Origin: Candidatus Fervidifonticultor secundus
Lineage (GTDB): Bacteria; Sysuimicrobiota; Sysuimicrobiia; Sysuimicrobiales; Humicultoraceae
Assembly (NCBI GenBank): GCA_031459385.1
Contig: JAVKIP010000030.1
Coordinates: forward strand, 1-24,538
Direction of reading: 5' to 3'
Length of the DNA stretch: 24,538 nt
Below, piece by piece: positions 8,693 to 17,018 of this stretch (its first letter is position 1; every line of letters starts with the position of its first letter). Below the pieces are notes generated by a model, which was not told where the DNA came from, did not search any database, and saw nothing but the letters and a program-made list of their open reading frames with translations. The position numbers and the translations under genes were made by a program.

Positions 8693-9552
8693 CACGACCG
8701 GGCGAACAGCCCCTGGGGCCGCACCAGCAGCACCGCCGCCATGATCACGAAGACGAAGAACAGCTCGAAGACGGGAAACAGCAACGTCCCGTAGGCGGAC
8801 AACACCCCGATCAGCAGGGAGCCGACGAAGGCGCCGGCCAGGTTCCCCAGGCCGCCGATGACCGTGATGACGAACGCCTCCACGATCATGGCCACTCCGA
8901 TGCCCGGCGACGCCGGCCGTACTGGCACGCCCAGCGCGCCGCCCAGCGCGGCCAGCGCGGCCCCCAGCATGAAGACCCCCGCGTAGACGCGCGGGGTCTC
9001 GATGCCGATCGCCGCCGCCATCTCCCGGTCGGCGGCGGTCGCCCGCACCATGCGGCCCCACCAGGTCCGCTCGAACACCAGCCACAGCCCCACGGCCACC
9101 AGCACGCCAATCGCCATGATGAAGACGTTGTAGACGGGGAAGGGCCGACCGAACGCGGGGAAGGTCGCGTCGAGGAACCGCGGGATGGACGGGATCTTGA
9201 AGACGCCGCCCCAAATGAGCTTGACGGCATCGTCCAGGACCAGCACGAAGCCGAACGTCAGCAGCAGCTGGTAGGCGTGGTCCAGGTCGTACAGGTGGCG
9301 CAGGAAGCCGCGCTCCATGACCAGCCCCAGCGCGGCGACCACGGCCAGGCTCAGCGCCACCGCCGCGACGAACGGCAGGCCCCACAGTCCGTAGGCGGTA
9401 TAGGCGACGTAGGCGCCGAGCATGAAGAGGCTGCCGTGCGCGAAGTTCAGGACGCCCAGGACGCCGAAGATGATCGTCAGGCCGGCGGAGATCAGCCAGA
9501 GGTACATCGCCTGGGACAGCCCGATCAGTCCCTGGTAGGCCAGGTCGCTCAT
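8692..9552 (-). CDS. livH: LIV/HAAT ABC importer permease, LivH type
   Basis: GLTIIFGVLGVLNFAHGSLFMLGAY, RTWWGRMVRA, IGGLGNLAGA, LLVRPQGLF. Confidence 0.92.
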   Translation of the reverse strand: MSDLAYQGLIGLSQAMYLWLISAGLTIIFGVLGVLNFAHGSLFMLGAYVAYTAYGLWGLPFVAAVALSLAVVAALGLVMERGFLRHLYDLDHAYQLLLTFGFVLVLDDAVKLIWGGVFKIPSIPRFLDATFPAFGRPFPVYNVFIMAIGVLVAVGLWLVFERTWWGRMVRATAADREMAAAIGIETPRVYAGVFMLGAALAALGGALGVPVRPASPGIGVAMIVEAFVITVIGGLGNLAGAFVGSLLIGVLSAYGTLLFPVFELFFVFVIMAAVLLVRPQGLFARS

Positions 9553-9563
9553 CTCACGGCCCG

Positions 9564-9586
9564 CGGGCGCGCATGCGTCGCGCCCG
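9564..9586 (-). other. Stem-loop directly downstream of the substrate-binding protein gene (mRNA stabiliser or partial terminator)
   Basis: CGGGCGCG-catgcgt-CGCGCCCG, perfect 8-bp stem. Such hairpins commonly follow SBP genes in ABC operons; function inferred. Confidence 0.45.
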
Positions 9587-9594
9587 GCCCGCCG

Positions 9595-10863
9595 CTACTT
9601 CGTCAGGTCCAGCCCCGTAAACGGCGGCCACCGGTAGTAGTCCTTCGGGTCGAACACCTTCAGCTCGCTGACGATCGGGATCGCATAGCGCGGATCGGCC
9701 ACCACGCGCCCCGCCGGCACCGCGTAGACGAACTGGTGGTCCTCGGCGCGGTACGTGCGCAGCCCCGCCGGCGTCTCGATCTGCATGCCCTTGAGGCCCT
9801 CCAGCACCCGGTCGGTCTGGATGCTGCGCGCCTTCTCCACGGCGGCCTTGGTGATGTGGATCGCCGAGTAGGTCACCTCGGCCGAGTAGTTGGGCATGCG
9901 GTTGAAGCGCCGCGCGAACCGGCTGACGAAGGCCCGGTTCATCTCGGTGTTGGGCCAGTTGTGGAGGTAACGGGCCGTGGCGTAGAGCTTGCCGCGGAAG
10001 CGGTTCTCCTTGACCTCCTCGCGGATCCCCTCGAGCACGTCGACCGAGCCGCCCATGGCCTGGAACCAGACCTGGATCCGGTCGAAGACGCCCTGCAGCA
10101 GCGCCTGGCGCAGCAGCGTCACGGCCTCGCCCGCCCACGGGGTCGCGATGATCGCGTCGGGGTTGCGCGCCATCACCGCCGAGATGTGCGCCGAGAAGTC
10201 CAAGGTCAAGAACGGCGCCCAGGCCGCCCCTACGAACTCGACGTCGGGGCGGAAGCGCCGCATCTGGTCCCGGAACAGCGCCCAGGTGGCGTAGCCGTAC
10301 TCGTAGTCGGCGCCGATGGTGGCCCAGCGCCGGATCTCCCGCCGGTCCCGGAAGAGGTGCGCGGCAACGGCGTCCTGGTAGACCGGCACGCTCACCCGGA
10401 CGATCTGCTTGATGCCGCGCTGCGCCACCAGCTCCTCGGTCAGCCGGTGGGTCGCGGCGTGGGTGAAGAACTGGATGCGGTCCAGTTCCTGCAGCACCGG
10501 CCCCAGCGCCATGGCCACGCCGCTGCTGTCGGTGCCGTAGAGGAAGTGGGCGCCGTACTCGGTGACCAGGAACCGCGCGTTCCGCACGCCGGTCGCCGGC
10601 CGGTTCTCGTCGTCCATGAAGCGCATCTCGAGCCGGCAGCCCAGGATGCCGCCGGCGGCGTTGATCTCCTCGATGGCCAGCGTCGCGCCCATTTCGATCT
10701 GCCGGCCGTAGTCGGCGTGGGGCCCCGAGGCCACGCCCTGGATGCCCAGCTTGAGGGCCGGGAGGTCAAGCTGACAGGCTGCGAGTGCCGCGCGGGTCCG
10801 GGGGGGGACCAACAGCACTGCAGCCACCACCATGCACAGCACCAGCAGCAGGCCCCTTCTCAT
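9595..10863 (-). CDS. LIV/HAAT ABC importer substrate-binding protein (type 1 periplasmic binding fold), Sec signal
   Basis: Hydrophobic signal peptide, GATLAIEEINAAGGILG, DYEYG, ETPAGLRTYRAEDHQ; AGGAGG SD upstream on the - strand; first gene of the liv-type operon. Ligand not determinable. Confidence 0.9.
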   Translation of the reverse strand: MRRGLLLVLCMVVAAVLLVPPRTRAALAACQLDLPALKLGIQGVASGPHADYGRQIEMGATLAIEEINAAGGILGCRLEMRFMDDENRPATGVRNARFLVTEYGAHFLYGTDSSGVAMALGPVLQELDRIQFFTHAATHRLTEELVAQRGIKQIVRVSVPVYQDAVAAHLFRDRREIRRWATIGADYEYGYATWALFRDQMRRFRPDVEFVGAAWAPFLTLDFSAHISAVMARNPDAIIATPWAGEAVTLLRQALLQGVFDRIQVWFQAMGGSVDVLEGIREEVKENRFRGKLYATARYLHNWPNTEMNRAFVSRFARRFNRMPNYSAEVTYSAIHITKAAVEKARSIQTDRVLEGLKGMQIETPAGLRTYRAEDHQFVYAVPAGRVVADPRYAIPIVSELKVFDPKDYYRWPPFTGLDLTK

Positions 10864-11043
10864 CCGCCACTCCCCCTCCTATACAGCTACAGCTGGCGCC
10901 GCAGTGCTGGTCGGCCACACGGCGGCACCGGCCAGGATGCGATCTGCGCAGCGCACACCTCACCATGTGCCGACGGCAGGGGATTCTCTGGTCCCCGGGC
11001 TCCTCTCCTGCCGGTTCGGTCGTAGGCAGGCCCGGGGTTCGGC

Positions 11044-11073
11044 TTGACACGGTGGGACAGGCTAGTGTAAATG
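11044..11073 (+). promoter_or_regulatory. Candidate sigma70-type promoter for the tetR-catabolic operon
   Basis: Perfect -35 TTGACA at 11044-11049; AT-rich but imperfect -10 candidates 17-18 nt downstream (GTAAAT/TAAATG, 11067-11073); lies in a locally AT-rich patch. Confidence 0.55.
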
Positions 11074-11074
11074 T

Positions 11075-11117
11075 CTAACGAACGATAGGTAGAAGTTGGC
11101 TACCGGTCGTTCGTTGG
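11075..11117. promoter_or_regulatory. Double operator: 18-bp inverted repeat, each arm containing a PaaR-like pseudopalindrome
   Basis: CTAACGAACGATAGGTAG (11075-11092) and the reverse complement of 11100-11117 (CCAACGAACGACCGGTAG) match at 15/18 with a 7-bp spacer; immediately downstream of the -10 and upstream of the TetR gene. Confidence 0.7.
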
Positions 11118-11130
11118 GGGACATCAGTCC

Positions 11131-11817
11131 GTGGAGTTCAGGGTGGCCGTTCCCGTGAAGGAACCCCGGGGTGACACGCGGCAGCGGCTGCTCACTGTGG
11201 CCGCGCACCTGTTTCGCACCAAGGGGTACGCAGCGACCAGTACCCGCGAGATCGCCCGGCACCTGCGGATACAGACGGCTTCGCTCTACCACTATATTCG
11301 CAGCAAGGACCAGCTGCTGTTTGAGATTGCGCGGCAGGGGCTCGAGGAACTGGAGGCAGAGGTCCGCCCCATCGTCTTCTCCGCGCTGCCACCCCTGGAG
11401 AAACTGCGCCGGTTCATCGAGACTCACGTGACGATCATCCTGCGCTACCGCGACAAGCACGCGGTCATGCTGGCGGAACTCAACGCCCTCCCGGCTAGGT
11501 CCCGGCGGGCGGTCGTCGCACTGCGGGACCGGTACGAAGGCCTGGTCGCGCGGGTGCTGGAAGAGGGGCAGGCGGCCGGGGTGGTCCGCGCCGACCTCCC
11601 GGTGCGGTATCTGCGACTGGCCCTTCTGAATCTCCTCAACTGGTCCATCTTCTGGTTTCGGCCGGACGGCCCGCTGGCCCCTGACGAGGTGGGCCGTATG
11701 CTGTCCAGCGTGTTCATCGACGGTGTGGCCGTCGGTGCCTCTCGGCCGGGAGGAGGAGGAGGACTGCGGGGAAGGGCTGCCCGGGGCAGTGACGGGACGC
11801 CTGCCCCGGGCGGGTGA
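11131..11817 (+). CDS. TetR/AcrR-family transcriptional repressor, PaaR/KstR2-like
   Basis: HTH AAHLFRTKGYAATSTREIARHLRIQTASLYHYIRSKDQLL; C-terminal RDRYEGLVARVLEEG...LLNWSIFWFRPDGPL typical of the PaaR/KstR2 subgroup. Start uncertain (GTG 11131, 11143 or 11155). Confidence 0.9.
   Translation: MEFRVAVPVKEPRGDTRQRLLTVAAHLFRTKGYAATSTREIARHLRIQTASLYHYIRSKDQLLFEIARQGLEELEAEVRPIVFSALPPLEKLRRFIETHVTIILRYRDKHAVMLAELNALPARSRRAVVALRDRYEGLVARVLEEGQAAGVVRADLPVRYLRLALLNLLNWSIFWFRPDGPLAPDEVGRMLSSVFIDGVAVGASRPGGGGGLRGRAARGSDGTPAPGG
11779..11811 (+). other. Perfect 11-bp stem hairpin inside the low-complexity 3' tail of tetR
   Basis: GCCCGGGGCAG-N11-CTGCCCCGGGC. Confidence 0.4.
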
Positions 11818-11826
11818 GCCAACACA

Positions 11827-11855
11827 GTCACACTGCCGGCCAGGCCGGCTGTGAC
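11827..11855 (+). other. Intergenic hairpin between tetR and the M24 gene
   Basis: GTCACA-ct-GCCGGC-cag-GCCGGC-TGTGAC, a 12-bp stem with a 2-nt bulge. Confidence 0.4.
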
Positions 11856-11886
11856 CGGTGCACACGGAGGCGGGAGGTGGACACAA

Positions 11887-13212
11887 GTGGTTGAGCTAAA
11901 ACCGCACACGTCGAGTATCGAGTTCGAGTGGCCAATGGTGGCGTTGCCCGTGCGCCAGTACGCCACGTCCACGATGAACTGGGGCAGCTACACCGTGGAC
12001 CTGACGCGGATGCGGACGCACCGGTTGCGCCGTATCAAAGAGCAGCTCCAGCGGGCTGAGATCGGTGCCATTCTGACCATCAACGAGTGGAACATCCAGT
12101 ACCTGACCGCTACCACGGTGCCGTACTGGACGACGCCTGGCTCCGGCCTGCGGTACGCCCTGTATTGCACCACGCTGAACGAAGCCATCATGTACGAGCA
12201 AGGGGATATCGGCTATCATACCCGGACATCCTGTCCCTGGTTGCACAAGGTCAAGGTGGCTATGACCGGCGCCGGGTGGATCGGGCGCACCATGGGTCCC
12301 AATTACTTCCGGGTCCAGACCGACAAGTTGGTGCAGCAGGTGATGCTCGATATGCGGGATGCGGGGCTGCACCCGCAACGGGACGTGCTGGCGCTGGACA
12401 CCTACGACCCGGTGCTGATCGAGGCGTTCCAACGGGCGGGCGTCAAGGTTAACCCTGAAGGCGGCCAGCTGATGCTGGAGGCGCGCAAGATCAAGAACCA
12501 GGACGAAGTGGAGTGCATCCGCGTCGCGTGCGCTATCGGCGACGCCATGTTCGAGGCCTTGCGGGATAATCTGCGGCCCGGGGTGCGGGAGAGTGAGCTG
12601 GTGGGGGTCATGCACAAACGGTGCTATGAGCTGGGCGGGCGCATCTACTCCGGTGTGTTCGTCACCTCGGGACCGGTAGCGTGGCCGAATCCGCGCGACG
12701 AGAGCGATCGCATCATCCAGCCCGGCGATGTGGTCTATTCCGACGTCTACAACACGTCGTTCATGGGCTACAAGATCTGCTACTACCGCACGTTCAGCTG
12801 TGGGAGGGCGTCGCGGGAGGCCCGGGACGACTACGCCACCGCGCTGGAGTGGTTGTACAAAGCCATCGACAGGATCAAGCCCGGCGTGACCACCCGGGAG
12901 CTGGCGGAACAGTGGCCGCCGGGCCCCGAGGTGTGGAAGGACATCCATGTCTACTACGAAGACCAGACAGCGGGGAACAACTGGGGCCACGGCATCGGCC
13001 TGACGCTCTACGAGCCGCCGATCATCTGGCGGGAGGCGTCCCTGAACGATCCGGTCCCCATCGAGGAAGGCATGGTGTTCGCCGTCGAGACACAGCACGG
13101 GCGGCCAGGGAAACACGGGGTACGCATCGAGGAGATGGTGCGCGTGACCAGCACCGGTGCGGAAGTCCTGAGCCGGTGGCCGGTGCAGGAGGTCATGGAG
13201 GTGGCGGTGTAA
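11887..13212 (+). CDS. M24-family (Xaa-Pro peptidase/creatinase fold) enzyme with atypical active site, 441 aa
   Basis: Creatinase-like N-domain, ARKIKNQDEVECIR, PGVRESE, DRIIQPGDVVYSD, GYKICYYRTF, IKPGVT, GHGIGL, EGMVFAVE, GVRIEEMVRVT. Start re-called to GTG 11887 behind GGAGGTGG. Confidence 0.88.
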   Translation: MVELKPHTSSIEFEWPMVALPVRQYATSTMNWGSYTVDLTRMRTHRLRRIKEQLQRAEIGAILTINEWNIQYLTATTVPYWTTPGSGLRYALYCTTLNEAIMYEQGDIGYHTRTSCPWLHKVKVAMTGAGWIGRTMGPNYFRVQTDKLVQQVMLDMRDAGLHPQRDVLALDTYDPVLIEAFQRAGVKVNPEGGQLMLEARKIKNQDEVECIRVACAIGDAMFEALRDNLRPGVRESELVGVMHKRCYELGGRIYSGVFVTSGPVAWPNPRDESDRIIQPGDVVYSDVYNTSFMGYKICYYRTFSCGRASREARDDYATALEWLYKAIDRIKPGVTTRELAEQWPPGPEVWKDIHVYYEDQTAGNNWGHGIGLTLYEPPIIWREASLNDPVPIEEGMVFAVETQHGRPGKHGVRIEEMVRVTSTGAEVLSRWPVQEVMEVAV

Positions 13213-13266
13213 ACGTTGGTGCGCCGGGGCCGGAGGCTGTGGGCTTCGGGCAGGCGCGGTGGCGGG

Positions 13267-14133
13267 ATGAAGCCGGCGGCGTTCGAGTATCTTCAGCCAA
13301 CCACGCGGGCAGAAGTGCTGGAGGTCCTCCACCAGTTCTCGGCATCTGCCAAGGTGCTGGCGGGCGGGCAGAGTCTGGTTCCGCTGATGAACCTGCGGCT
13401 CGCACGGCCTGCCGTCGTGGTGGACATCAACCGGATCGGCGACTTGGCGTACCTGAGGCGCGAGGACGGCGCGCTCGTTCTCGGGGCGCTGGTTCGCCAC
13501 CGGCAGCTTGAGCGTGATCCGGCGGTGGGTAGTGCGTGCCCCATCCTGCAGGAAGCCGCGCGGCACATCGGGTACCCGGCGGTCCGCAACCGCGGTACTG
13601 TGGGCGGGAGTGTGGCCCATGCCGACCCGGCTGCGGAGCTCCCGTGTGTCCTGCTGGCCGCCGGCGCGACCGTGGTGGTGGAGTCGCGCAGCGGTCGACG
13701 GGCGATTCCCATCGATCGGTTCTTCGTCGGGCCTTACACCACCCAGTTGCGGGCCGACGAACTCCTGGTGGAAGTGCGGGTCCCGGCCGTGGAGCCGGAC
13801 GACGCCTGGGGCTTCGCCGAGTTCGCGCGCCACGACGGGGGATTTGCCCTGGCGCTGGCGGCGTGTGTGATGCGGCGCGACCCGGAGGGGCGGGTGGAGA
13901 CGGCGCGGGTGGCCGTGGGCGGCGTGACCGCGACGCCCGAACGCTTGGTGGGCGCCGAAGAGACCCTGCGGGGGCAGCGACTCACGGACGGTACGATCGA
14001 TCGCGCGGCGGAGCACGCAGCGGCGCTGGCGGCCCATGACGACATTCACGCCACGGCCACCTACCGCCGGCGCTTGGCCCGGTGGCTGGTCCGGGAGGTG
14101 CTCCGCCGCGCGGCGGGGTCCCGGGCCGCATGA
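13267..14133 (+). CDS. Xanthine dehydrogenase-family FAD-binding (medium, CoxM/CutM-like) subunit, 288 aa
   Basis: MKPAAFEY start, KVLAGGQSLVPLMNLRLARP, AVRNRGTVGGSVAHADPAAE, DDIHATATYRR. Confidence 0.93.
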   Translation: MKPAAFEYLQPTTRAEVLEVLHQFSASAKVLAGGQSLVPLMNLRLARPAVVVDINRIGDLAYLRREDGALVLGALVRHRQLERDPAVGSACPILQEAARHIGYPAVRNRGTVGGSVAHADPAAELPCVLLAAGATVVVESRSGRRAIPIDRFFVGPYTTQLRADELLVEVRVPAVEPDDAWGFAEFARHDGGFALALAACVMRRDPEGRVETARVAVGGVTATPERLVGAEETLRGQRLTDGTIDRAAEHAAALAAHDDIHATATYRRRLARWLVREVLRRAAGSRAA

Positions 14134-14630
14134 GCACCGTATCCATCGCCTTCCGCGTGAACGGCATCGACCACCGCCTGTCCATAGAGCCCAGGCGGCT
14201 GCTGGCGGACGTGCTGCGGCACGATCTGGGGCTCACCGGAACCCACGTGGGGTGCGAACAGGGCGTGTGCGGAGCCTGTACCGTGCTGCTGGATGGAGAG
14301 CTGGTACGCGCCTGCCTGCTGTTCGCCGTCCAGGCTGATGGGTGCGAGGTGACCACCATCGAAGGCCTGAGCACGGCGGGCGCGCTGCATCCGATCCAGC
14401 AGGCGTTTATCGAAGAGTTCGGGTTCCAGTGCGGATTCTGCACCCCCGGCATGATCCTGGCCGCCTACCGACTGCTCCGGGAGGTGGCGCGGCCCACGCC
14501 GGACGAGATCCGGCGTGGACTGTCTGGGCACCTCTGCCGCTGCACGGGGTACGCAGACATCGTCCAATCGGTCCAGCGGGCATCGGCGCTGGTGCAGGCA
14601 GCGAGCGAAGGAGCCCACCGTGGGCGGTGA
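14130..14630 (+). CDS. Xanthine dehydrogenase-family 2x[2Fe-2S] (small, CoxS/CutS-like) subunit, 166 aa
   Basis: GCEQGVCGACTV...C and QCGFCTPG...LCRCTGY motifs; ATGA overlap with the FAD subunit. Confidence 0.95.
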   Translation: MSTVSIAFRVNGIDHRLSIEPRRLLADVLRHDLGLTGTHVGCEQGVCGACTVLLDGELVRACLLFAVQADGCEVTTIEGLSTAGALHPIQQAFIEEFGFQCGFCTPGMILAAYRLLREVARPTPDEIRRGLSGHLCRCTGYADIVQSVQRASALVQAASEGAHRGR

Positions 14631-16974
14631 CGACCGCACGGGATCGTACGTGGGTCACCGGATCGCCCGGTGGAGTGACCGCCGCTTCGTGGAGGGCCGC
14701 GCGCGATATCTCGACGACCTGTCGATGCCGGGACAGGCGGAGGTGGCGTTCGTGCGGAGCCTTTACGGCCACGCCCGGCTGCGGCGCGTCGACGTCAGCG
14801 CGGCGCGCCGGCACCCCGACGCCCTCGGCGTGTACTGCTGGGAGGACCTGCAGGCGCTGCTCACCCCGTTCTGGACCATGCCGCGGGGGCCGATTCGCCG
14901 GGCCGCGGTGACGCCGCTGGCCAGCGACAAGGTCCGGTGGGTGGGGGAGCCGGTGGCGGTGGTTGTGGCGCAGGACCGGTACCGGGCCGAGGACGTGGCT
15001 GAGCTGGTGGAGGTGGACTACGAGCCCCTGCCTGCGGTGGTCGACACCCTGGCAGCGATGCAGCCCGACAGCCCTCGGCTGTACGACCAGTGGCCTGACA
15101 ATGTGGTGCTGCACCAGACCTTTCAGGCGGGCGATCCGGATGCGCTGCTGGGGCAGGCGCCGGTGGTGGTGCGCAAGCGGTTCCGGAGCAACCGGCACAC
15201 CGCCGTGCCCCTGGAGGGGCGCGGGATCCTGGCTGCCTGGGATCCCCTCGAGGAGACCCTGACAGTCTGGATCGGGCATCAGGACGTCCACCTGGTCCGG
15301 GCGGTGCTGGCAGACGTGCTCCAGGTCCCCCTGGGGCGGATCCGCGTCGTCAGTCCGGACGTGGGTGGCGCGTTCGGCATCAAGCTGCCGGTCTATCCCG
15401 AAGAAATGGTGGTTTGCGCCCTGAGCCGCCTGCTCCGCCGGCCTGTGAAGTGGGTGCAGGATCGACGGGAGAGCCTGCTGGGGGACACCCACGCGCGGGA
15501 GGCGGTGGTCGACGTCGAGGCGGCCTTCAGCCGCGAGGGGCGGCTCCAGGCGGTGCGCGCGCACATCGTGAGCGACGCTGGCGCCTACGCGGTGGCGGGG
15601 CGCGGCCCCACCATCGAGGGCACCATGCTGGCGCGGGAGCTTCCCGGGCCGTACGAGCTGCAGCACTACGCGTACACGCTGGACGTGGTCATGACCAACA
15701 AGGCGCCGGTGGCCGTGTACCGCGGCGTCGCCATTCCGGTGAGTACCTTTGTCATGGAACGTGTGATGGACTTCGCAGCCGACGCCCTGGGGCTGGACCC
15801 CGTGGATATCCGGCGGCGTAACCTGATCCGGACGTTCCCCTATACCACCGTCACCGGCCACATCTACGACGACGGGCAGTACCTGGCATCGCTGGAGCAG
15901 GCCGTGGCACTCAGCGACTACCACCGGTGGCGCCAGGAGCAGGCCGAACTCCGGGCACAGGGGCGGTACATCGGCATCGGTGTGTGCTGTCTTGTGGATG
16001 CTACGGCCCGAGGAGGCGGGTTTTACGGCCGGCTGGGTCTGAAAGCGGCTACCCAGGAGGGCTGCATCCTCCGCATCGACCCCACCGGCGGGATCACCGC
16101 CGCGTTCGGGACCACCACCCAGGGGCAGGGGTTGCACACGGCCCTGGCGCAGGTCGTGGCCACGGCGCTCGGCGTGCCCCTGGATCGGGTAGACGTGGTC
16201 ATGGGAGATACGGCCACCACGCCCTACGGCGGCGGGGCATGGGCCAGTCGCGGTGCCGTCGCCGGTGGGACCGTGGCCCTGCTGGCCGCGCGGAGCCTAC
16301 GCGAGAAGGTGCAGCGGATCGCCGCACACCTCCTGGAGGCCCGCCCCGAGGACGTCGAGCTGGCAGACGGGAGGGTCTACGTCCGCGGGGCGCCCGGGCG
16401 CTCGCTGACCCTGGCGGAGGTGGCGCATACGGCCTACTTCGTGGCTGCCGACCTTCCACCGGGCACGGAGCCGGGGCTGGAGGTCATGGTCCACTGGGAG
16501 CCGGAGATTCCGGCCACATTTGCCCACGCGACGCAAGTCATGGTGGTGGAGGTTCACCCCGCCACCGGCGCCGTCACCATCCTGCGGTACTTGGTGGTGG
16601 AAGACTGCGGACGCATCATCAACCCGGGTCTCGTGGACGGCCAGCTCCGCGGCGGGATCGTCCAGGGGCTCGGAGGGGCGATGTACGAAGAGATCGTATA
16701 CGATGCCCACGCGCAGCCCCTGACGACCACACTCATGGACTACGTGCTGCCTGGCATCTGGGAAGCCCCCGAGGTGGAGATCCACCACCTAGAGACGCCG
16801 TCGACCCGCAACCCCGGAGGCTTTCGTGGGATGGCCGAGTCGGGGACGGCAGGGGTCCCTGCCGTGCTGGCCGGCGCGGTAGCCGACGCCCTGAAGCCCT
16901 GGGGGGTGGAGATTACCGAGCTCCCCCTGAGCCCGGCCCGGCTGGGGGATGGACTGGGAGACCGTGCGCGCTGA
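14620..16974 (+). CDS. Xanthine dehydrogenase-family molybdopterin-binding (large, CoxL/CutL-like) subunit, 784 aa
   Basis: RFVEGRARYLDD, VPLEGRG, DVGGAFGIK, active-site loop VYRGVAI, QGQGLHT, EDCGRIINP...GQLRGG, RGMAESG (catalytic Glu). GTG 14620 behind AAGGAG, overlapping the small subunit by 11 nt. Confidence 0.93.
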   Translation: MGGDDRTGSYVGHRIARWSDRRFVEGRARYLDDLSMPGQAEVAFVRSLYGHARLRRVDVSAARRHPDALGVYCWEDLQALLTPFWTMPRGPIRRAAVTPLASDKVRWVGEPVAVVVAQDRYRAEDVAELVEVDYEPLPAVVDTLAAMQPDSPRLYDQWPDNVVLHQTFQAGDPDALLGQAPVVVRKRFRSNRHTAVPLEGRGILAAWDPLEETLTVWIGHQDVHLVRAVLADVLQVPLGRIRVVSPDVGGAFGIKLPVYPEEMVVCALSRLLRRPVKWVQDRRESLLGDTHAREAVVDVEAAFSREGRLQAVRAHIVSDAGAYAVAGRGPTIEGTMLARELPGPYELQHYAYTLDVVMTNKAPVAVYRGVAIPVSTFVMERVMDFAADALGLDPVDIRRRNLIRTFPYTTVTGHIYDDGQYLASLEQAVALSDYHRWRQEQAELRAQGRYIGIGVCCLVDATARGGGFYGRLGLKAATQEGCILRIDPTGGITAAFGTTTQGQGLHTALAQVVATALGVPLDRVDVVMGDTATTPYGGGAWASRGAVAGGTVALLAARSLREKVQRIAAHLLEARPEDVELADGRVYVRGAPGRSLTLAEVAHTAYFVAADLPPGTEPGLEVMVHWEPEIPATFAHATQVMVVEVHPATGAVTILRYLVVEDCGRIINPGLVDGQLRGGIVQGLGGAMYEEIVYDAHAQPLTTTLMDYVLPGIWEAPEVEIHHLETPSTRNPGGFRGMAESGTAGVPAVLAGAVADALKPWGVEITELPLSPARLGDGLGDRAR

Positions 16975-17018
16975 ACGTGCAGCGTACACAAACAGCCACA
17001 GCACAGGGGGTGGTGGGA

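Noticed and set aside
10882..10894. TACAGC-TACAGC mini-tandem next to the SBP1 ribosome-binding site, and ACAG repeats at about 16992-17006
   Set aside because: Too short to distinguish from chance.
10864..11043. Known riboswitch (glycine-like GGAGAG on the - strand) or sigma54 promoter in the divergent intergenic region
   Set aside because: The other conserved aptamer segments are absent and I find no properly spaced GG-N10-GC box with TGGCAC/TTGC context.
11827..11855. CRP/FNR site (TGTGA/TCACA half-sites)
   Set aside because: The half-sites are in the wrong order and spacing (TCACA first, 17 nt apart); better explained as an RNA hairpin.
13267..16974. Aerobic carbon monoxide dehydrogenase (coxMSL)
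   Set aside because: No AYxCSFR motif and no coxDEFG accessory genes.
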